Shown here: piece by piece, positions 23,701-32,700 of the stretch
How the letters are laid out: the number at the start of each line of letters is the position of its first letter
Numbering within the stretch: position 1 is the stretch's first letter
DNA from: Callorhinchus milii
Taxonomy: Eukaryota
Direction of reading: 5' to 3'
Assembly: GCF_018977255.1 (NCBI RefSeq)
Contig: NW_024705418.1
Location: 1-46,319 of the forward strand
Length of the DNA stretch: 46,319 nucleotides
Made by a program: the position numbers and the translations under genes
The notes under the pieces: model-generated
Told to the model about the DNA's origin: nothing
The model's input: only the letters and a program-made list of their open reading frames with translations
The model's database searches: none

Positions 23701-26700
23701 CCATCACTACCACCATCCATGGATGTGCCTTCAGCCACTTCGCCACGTTATTTGTAAATACATCCCAGTTTCCATCTGATTTAGCTCTGCTCCCACCCTC
23801 ACACCACAAGACCCATCACTTCAACCGTGTCTTGTATTATTATTTCTATTCTGTGTAATAAACACTGAACTCAAATTGTAGTGACTCTGCTTTTTTAATG
23901 AAATGCGGCAGCCCATTGCACACAAGTGGGTAAAAAAGGCGGACTTGAGTGAGTGATCCATTTTATTTCGGGGAATTTTGGCCAGGATTGTCCCTTCTCC
24001 CTTCTCTTTTCGAATGCTGCTGCAGGAACTGTAATGTCCACATGATCAGGAAAACAGGACCTCGTTTTAACTTTCTCACTGTGGGTAGGCTAAAGAACTT
24101 AACAGGGAACAAAGACTTGGAAACAAGAGTAGGGGGCTGTACTGAATATTGTTAGTAATTATCTCAATCCAAAAGGATCATTGTCTACAGCCTTTAAACA
24201 TCGATATTATCAAATACTCAAAGTTAAGGATAAAACTCATTGCCTATTTGCTAACATAAACAACGACATGTCTTTCTAACTAAGATCCATGATGCTGTCT
24301 AATCTGTCCCAACAATAAATGACTTGATAAAGACTGAATGACTGTTTGGGAGCTTTGTTGTCAGGTCCCCATCTGCACTCATTGACACGCAGAATATCAA
24401 TACACAGTCGTTGTATACTTTCCTGTCTCCTTATTTTCGCCCACAAATATACAGTAAATTCACTTGACAGCATGTTCTGTGAAGCGCTTTGCGACTTCGA
24501 GAAGACAGGAAAAGCGATATATCAAATGCAAGGTTTATTAACATTATTATTTATTCCCAATAACTTTAAGCCATATTTACTGATATTATTGGCCACTTAC
24601 CTTTTTTATATTCACTGATTCCCAGTAGTAACACAATTATCATTAACGCAGCGACAATCCCCGCAGCCAATCCTGTAATGTGCTTCCAGGTCCAATTTGC
24701 TAGAGAGGGAAATGACCAGAGTAATTTGTCGACTTTGAAGTGCTAATATTGGGGGTAAACCAATCACTTTAAATGCATCACTTAGGTCTCATCTCCTCCT
24801 GATTTGAATGCGCAAAAGAAGGGTCAGTGTGAGCTCGGGGTCAGTGTGAGCTCGGGATGATTGTGAGCTCGGGGTCAGTGTGAGCTCGGGATGATTGTGA
24901 GCTCGGGGTCAGTGTGAGCTCCGGGTCAGTGTGAGCTCGGGGTCAGTGTGAGCTCGGGATGATTGTGAGCTCGGGGTCAGTGTGAGCTCGGGGTCAGTGT
25001 GAGCTGGAGTTGCGTGTAGCCTTGACTGCCTGTTCAGGTAGTAGTAACAAATCTCATGACGATATTCAATAACGGAAGGGATTCTTTTCCTGGTGAATTT
25101 GCCAACAATCCCCAAATTAAAATTCCATTGGTCCTACTCCCCCCACCCCACCCCGACCCATATCAATCGAACGTTGTTGTAGTTGTGATCTACACCCGAA
25201 CAGAATATGCCTCCGTCCAGTCCGTGTCCGCAGTCAGGCCGACCAAACACAGGCCCCGATCCTTCTCCAAAGCGAACGTCACCTGAGCCTGTTACAGCAA
25301 ATCCACATCCCAAATAATTGCAAATATCTCCAGCAATCTTAATGCTCGTGGTGTCTCCACAAACTGTCCCCCAAGTGTACTTGCTGTACAGATCTACTCT
25401 CCCCGCACACCGGCTCCCTCCATTCACAAGTCTGCGGGGCTTAACTCCTGCCATGTACATACAATACACTTTCCACAGCCGCAACTTCAATCATATTTAC
25501 AATCAACAACATCTGTACCATCACAAACTGCGGAGGTGTGACACTGCGTTAGCAGAGTAGTTGTGGCGCTGGTTCAGCAGCGGAGGTGCGCAAATCGGTT
25601 AGAAGAGGATGTGTGACAAGGAGTTAGCCGAGGACGTGTCACATCGGTTTAAGAGTGAAGCTGTGACACTGGGTAGGCCTTAGAATACACTAGAATATAC
25701 AGCACTGAAACAGTTAATTCGGCAAAACTGGTCTATGCCGTTGATCACACCCTGATTTCACTCTTCTGTTTCCCCACGGCCTGTGAATACCTCGCGTTTA
25801 ACACCACCCCACGTGTGTTCACACCCCTGTGCTCTCTCCCTGTGTTGTTCCCACTTTGGCTCAACCAACGTGTCCTCAACTAGCTTGTGCTCTTACACAA
25901 CTTGCTCTTAACCCCTGCCCTGAACTCCACTGTGCCTACGCTTCCTGTTTGCACACTCTCTTCTCACCCTCCTGTATTAGCGCTCCGTATTCTTCTGTTT
26001 GATCACCCCACCAGTAGCCCATTTGTTGTTACTCAACAAGGTTCTGTATCCCCACTGCTCTTTCACGCTTCACCTTCTATTGCCATTACACTGACATCCT
26101 ATTCTTAACCCCCAGGCCCCTCCACGCACCCCCACCCCACCGTCTGCAACTCCTGGTTCTGCCCCCTGTGTACTGCCCCAGTGTTCCCCAATGCGCTCAC
26201 CCGATGCTCAACGTATCTTTCTCAAACCGCTGTGATCAATCCCAATGTATTTCGCACCCCGGTACTCTCAGCATACACCTGTTCTCAATCCCTGTGCTCA
26301 GCCCCACTGTACTCAGTTCCTTCTCTACTGATCGTCTGTAAACATTTCTCTTCAGATCCTCTCTCGCTTTCCACTCCGCCATGTTCTCCCACTTCCCTGT
26401 TCTTGGACACCAAGTGCTCAATCTTATTGTGTTCAGCCCCTTGTGCACACACCCACCGAAGCTCACCACACACGTGCTCAAACCCCGGCTACGCACACAC
26501 GTCTTCTGCTGAACCCCTATTGTGCTCACCCTCCGTCTGCTCAAACTCTGTTTATCACCGCCTTGTGACCCTCCTGTGATTTCGACTGTGCTATTCCACT
26601 TTGTGCTTATCCTCCTGTGCTTCCCACCATTTGCTTGTCACCCATATGACCACTCCGTCATTAACTCTCCTTTGTTGCCCATTGCCTTGTGATTACCTCC

Positions 26701-29700
26701 CGTGTATGCAGCACCCGACTTGTGCTCATACCGCTATCTTCTCCGCCTGTGCTCACCTCCACTTGTACTTAATCCTCCACCTTCTGCTCTTAAACTGCGC
26801 CCTCTTTCCACCGACTGTGCTCAACCCCAATATGACCTCACCCAGTCTTTAGAACCCAACGTACACACTCCCTCTTTGTTACGCTTCACGTGGCTCTGCT
26901 CCCCGCCATTTCTGCTCGCCCTTGCGTGCTCTTAGCCTGGGATTGCCCTACAAGTGCTCCCCCTCTGCTCACCCCTTCCTTTTGCTCTACATTGTGCTCA
27001 AGCCAACTCTTCTTATCTATACTGTGCTCCACTTCCCCTGTACACTTCCATACTGTGCTCACACCCACCCATGTGCAGTAACCCTGTAGTCTACTCAATG
27101 TGTTTAACCCCTGTTCTTCCCGGTGTGCTCCCCACCACATACGCATTCCCCGATTATCACCTCCTGTGCTCCCCAAATTGTTTGAAGCAGCTACACTCTC
27201 GGCCTAAAATTCCCATGCTCTAAACCCAGCTGTGCCGATCGCCGTGATGCACACCGAATCGCCCCGTGCTCTCCTTGCATCTCTCCTCATCATTGTGTGC
27301 TCATCCCCACTGTACTCAACTCCATTTGCACTCCAAACCTTTATTCACCCAGCACTCTCCTCCCCACTTTTTGCTAACTCTTCCCGGGCTCAGATCCGGT
27401 GCTCACCCCTCTTTTTTCAGCCCCGTGTGCTAAAACCCACACTGGATCACTCCACTAGCGTGCGCACCGTCCTCGTGCTTTTTCCACTGTATTCGCCACA
27501 CCTATGCTCAACTCCGCTTTGTGCTCTCCCCTCCGGGCGCTCAAAACATCCACGCTCTGCCTTTATGTTCACCCCACTCGAGTTAAGNAAAAAAGATCCC
27601 CCACTGTGCTCACGCTGATTGCGTTCAGTTACTGAGATCACAATAATTTGCGCTGACACTATTCTCTGACCTCCTTTGCTCACCACGCTTCATGTGCACA
27701 ACAGCTGTGCCCCACGTGTGCTCTTCATGGAGCTTACCCCTGTGTACTCCACTTCCTGTGCTAAACAAGCCTGTTCTCAAAGCCCTCTGCTCATTCCCCC
27801 AACGCGCTCAACGAACCATGCTTATCCAACACATACACACACCCAATGTACCCATAGCACTCTCCTCAGCACACATGTTTCTCGGCCCTCTGTGATCACC
27901 CCAAGCCCCTTGTGCCTATTCCGCCTGAGCTCAACAAACCTTGTGCTCAAATCTCTGTGCCATCGCTCAATGTCTTCAAATCTGACCTGCAAAACCATAG
28001 GCTGATACTATGCGCCCAATCCCTTTCTGCTCACAAAATGCGCTCCCTGCCATTTTTCACCCACTGTGCTCAGTCGCCCTGTGCTCACGAATCCTGTACT
28101 CATTTCCATTTCACGCACTCGTTTGTGCACACCCGCAATGCTCAGCCCCCTGTGCTCAACTCTCTCACACACCCATTGCTCACAACTCGCACACAACCCG
28201 AGCACGTGGTTATTGTCAGAGAGAAACTAATTTAACTGAGCAAATGACGCCGGCATAATTGGAATTGGATTCGGAATATTTATCACAGGGCTATGAGCGC
28301 AACCTCTCCTCTCAGATTTCATAAAAACTAACATATTGTGGGACACAATCTTTAACAGTGTTCCTCGATCCGTAGTTTACCGAAAACATGAGAAAAGAAA
28401 AATGATCGAAGACTGAAATATTTACCTGTACAGATGACGCCGGCATCATAGGTGTGTGGCCAGGAATAGCCAACCCAGGGCTGTGACTGACAATCCCTCA
28501 GAGTAGACTCACTCCCTCTGCAACGAACATCCCACGTCACAACGGGATCTGAGCCTTCGCCAAAGTGAGCGTCTCCTGATGCTGACAGCGCGGCTCCACA
28601 GCCCAACTCCTTACACACCACTGCCGCGTCCGCCATATCCCAACCACTGTCACCAGAGCCAAAGCCATCCACTGTGCCCCATTGTCCATCGTGGTAAACC
28701 TCCACTCTCCCGGCACACGGGCTGCCGCCATTCACCAGCCTCAAAACATCTGCCAAAAGAAAAAAAACATCTGCCTCACAAACACTGTAAGACATCACAC
28801 AGAGTATTGAACGCAATCCAGAATAATACAGTACAAGATTCAATTCACCTTCGGAGGCTTTCTGGACGGTAAACAATACAAGAAAAATAATAATCATTAT
28901 AATTGTTTCAATGACTGTTAGCTACATGCAGTCCAAAACCCGGGTATCAGCAGTAATATTAACAATTAATTCCACCGCTAGATATTACGGTTGCAGCTGC
29001 GTTTGGAACAGAAGGAGAGAGTTTTTATATTATTATACTTAATACTATATTATTCTACTTTAAATAAGATTATTGTAATTGAAATAAAGATAGGAGATTC
29101 CCCAAAAACTATGGCAGTCGTTTACTGCTTTGCTGCAGAATACATTAATGCGCACGTGTTCCTGAAAGAATAGTGTGTAATTTTTCTCTGTTGCTAACTC
29201 ACTGCGGAATATTATCCACACATCATATTTTGGGGCTTCATTAAATATTTTTATGTGTAGCTCATCAACGATAGGCATTGCCCACGACTCTGAAACAAAC
29301 TAGAACTTCACGAAGAAGTAAAAATCGTTCTACAACAATTGTTTATTGCGCTTTGGCAGATGCACAAATGCAGATATTGTTGTTTTATGGTTGCATTGAT
29401 ACATCGCTTTTTCTTGTTTGAGTGTATGTTTATGTGTGTATGGGCGTGTGGGGGAGGCGCGGACGTACATAGTGCACCACCACACACAACACGAACGAAC
29501 ATAGGCACAGACACGAGCAAAATCCCAACTCCGGCCAAAGCACCTCGCCCCGAGGATACAGCCATCACACAGAGCGCCACAGCACAGCCATACCCCAAGG
29601 CACAGACACATTCGACAGTGCACAGTCGTTACAATACAAAACATAAGACATCCCCTCGGGCACAGCAGCCGTCCACAGGGAATAACCAAGCCCCCAGGGT

Positions 29701-32700
29701 ACACAGACCCAATAGAGGGATGCCCGACACCAGGTAAAGACAGATCCAGACAAAGACCGCTCTCCCTGATAAAAACCCCTCCCAGGTAACAGCAACTACT
29801 CCCACCTCCGATAGCTGCTTCTCAGACACAGCGGCGCCCTCCAAGGGCACAGCGCTCCCTTCCCCTCCCCCTACAAACGAGGCACAGCTTCCTTACTAGG
29901 TACAGCGAACCTGAACCCCTGCAGAAACCCCACACCTGCTCCCCGGTAGAGCCCTCACAAACAAAACAAACCCAGGGCCCACCGACCCCTCCCCACTCTA
30001 CAGACCCCACCAAAGGTTCATCCGCTAATTCTGGTCACAAGCCCCCACAATGGTACAGCCCCCACAGGAACAGCCACCCACCCAGGGTACAGAGACACCT
30101 CAGAAGACAGCCCCTCCAAAGAGCACCCAACCCGACACAGCGCGATGGATGGACAGCCGAACTCCAAAGGTACAGCCTCCTACCAGTCACAGACCATCCC
30201 CAGGGCACAGTACCTCAATGCTACAATCCCACACCGACCCAACCATCTCACAGAAACAGCTGCTGCCCGAAAGCACAGCTGACAATCAAGGTAGAGCCTC
30301 CACAACGTGCACAGCATCCTCCGGGGCAAAAGCTCTCCACGGCCTTTTGCTCAAACCCCTTGAGTCCTTACTCATCCTGTGTACAACAAACCTTTGCTCA
30401 CCCAACCTGTTTACACACCCATCGGCTTACAGCTCTGTGCTCCCACCCATACTTACCCCATACTCCCCGCGTATGCACAAACCCCAGGTGCTCCCCGTAT
30501 ATTCGTACAACCCCCGTGCTCCCCATGTGCTTTACCCAAAATTTTGCTCGTGAACCACTGTGCTCTTCACTCCTGTTATCATCCTCTACTTGTGCTCACA
30601 CCTGTTGTCAAGCCCTATGCTCATCACGTGCGCTCCCTCCCTCTGCTCCCCCTATCGTGACAACCCCAAGTGCTCCACGTTCTACTCAGTCCCCTGAGCT
30701 CCAAACTTCGGTTCTCAGCACCTGTGGGCCCAATCTCCCAATGTGCTACCGACAGATCCGCGTACATCTTACCACCCTTGTTTTACCAAACCACCGTGAT
30801 CACCACCTTCCCTGTGCTCATCCCCTCCTCTGCTCAGCTCACGGTACACACGTCATCGTCCTCAACTCCCTTGTTGTCCCTACTTGCTGAACCCCAAATC
30901 CCCTGTGCTCAGCAGACTTGCTCTGTGCTCATTCTCATCCCGTGTGCTAAATCCCCCTTTGAACGACACACCTGTTCTCAACGCATATGTTACCCTTCAC
31001 GTTCTCAGCCCTTTGTGCTCACTTATACTCAAATCAGCACTCCGTACTCAGCCCCTTGTTCTCTTCCCCGCATGTGCTCACACCATTTGCTCACCCTTTG
31101 TGATCCACCCCTGAGCTGCCCGATGTAATTAACGACCCTGTGTTCAACCACTTCCTGTTCTCAAACCCCCGGTGCTTACCTCAACCGTGCTTGTTACAAA
31201 CCCCGTGTTCACCACCGGGCCCAACGCTCATCCACCGTATACGATTCCCTCCTATATGCTCACTCCTACTGTGCTCACCGCATTGTCTTCTATCCCTCGT
31301 TGCCGCCTTTGTGCTGACCACGTCCCAACTGTTCTCACACAGCTCCGTGTGCTCAACGCCCCCTGTGATGTTACCAAATATGCTCAACTCCTATGCTTCA
31401 CCTCCATATATTTAGTCCCTGTGCTCACCCACCCTGTACTCTCCCCCCTACACTCTTCACCTTGTGTTCGTCCCCTGCGCTCAGCCGCCTGTGCTCACCC
31501 CACCAAACGACCCTCTCGTAAAACGACCTGATGATGAGCGACAGATTTGTGAAACTGAGCAGATGACGACGAGAGCATAAGAGTGCGACCCGCGTTAATG
31601 TCCCCAGGGCCATGATCGTGAACCCTCTCCTTACCACCAAACCCTCCACCCCAGATTCAATAATAATACACTGAAATATTGTGTGTTACCAACTTTTATC
31701 AGAATTTCCCTAATTGTTGTTTAAAGAAAACATGAGAAATTAAAAAATGATCAGAAAATGAATTAATTACCTGAGCAGATGACGCCGGCATCAGAGGAGT
31801 GTGACCAGGAATAGTGACCCCAGGTCCCTGAGGAACAATATCTAAGAGCAGACTCACTCCCTCTGCACCGAACATTGTACGTCACAACGGGACCTGAGCC
31901 CTTCCCAAAGTGAGCGCCTCCTGATGCTGACAGTGCGGCTCCACAGCCCAACTCCTTACACACCACAGCCGCGTCCAGCATATCCCAACCACTGTCACGA
32001 TAGCCATCGCCAAACACTGTGCCCCACTGTCCTCCATAGTAAACCTCCACTCTCCCGGCACACCGGCTGCCGCCATTCACCAGCCGCACACTCTCTGTAA
32101 AACATTGTACGCAATATTGAGCGTCTGTTTCGTCTTTGACTTCCAGTCACTCAGAATAATACAATATAATGTACATGTACAGAGAATCTGTCACATTGGG
32201 AGAATGTTTGGCGTTAAAAAAAACAATAATAATCATTGCAATGGTTGCAGTGATTGCTGGCTATATAGAGTCCATAACCCAGGTGTCACCAGAAGAGTAA
32301 CAGGTTATTGCAGTACTAGCTGTACCTGTTGCAGCTACTTTTGCAAATAAAGGATAGTGATATTATACTTTACATTATTATGCTCTGTATTATTATACTG
32401 ATATTGGATTATTTTACATCATATTGAATGTGATACTTTATATTAAACTATTCTAGTTGATATTAGATTATTATACTCTATATTAGATTATTATACTTTA
32501 TATTTAGATTCACGGTCAGGGCACAATTTTACACAAGTTTCCTCTCTCCACATGCTTCTTTTTACCTAGCAAACATTATGAAACCAGCAGTCAATTGGCG
32601 GATTTCATTTAAGGGGAGGATAATCCCTTAAAATAAAATAATTTGATCACTCAATTCAATTTCTCCCGCGAAACACATAGCCATTTCATATTGCAGTACA

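Noticed and set aside
24821..25006. CRISPR-like appearance of short regular repeats (also 40161-40348)
   Set aside because: Head-to-tail units with no unique spacers, no cas genes, and a vertebrate context.
28849..28861. AG/GT-bounded 13-nt micro-exon upstream of SRCR2
   Set aside because: It would shift the frame, and it is not conserved at the paralogous position upstream of SRCR1.
30050..31531. Pro/Thr/Ser-rich and Cys-rich plus-strand ORFs within SRCR introns
   Set aside because: Derived from degenerate satellites, with no domain signature or splice support.
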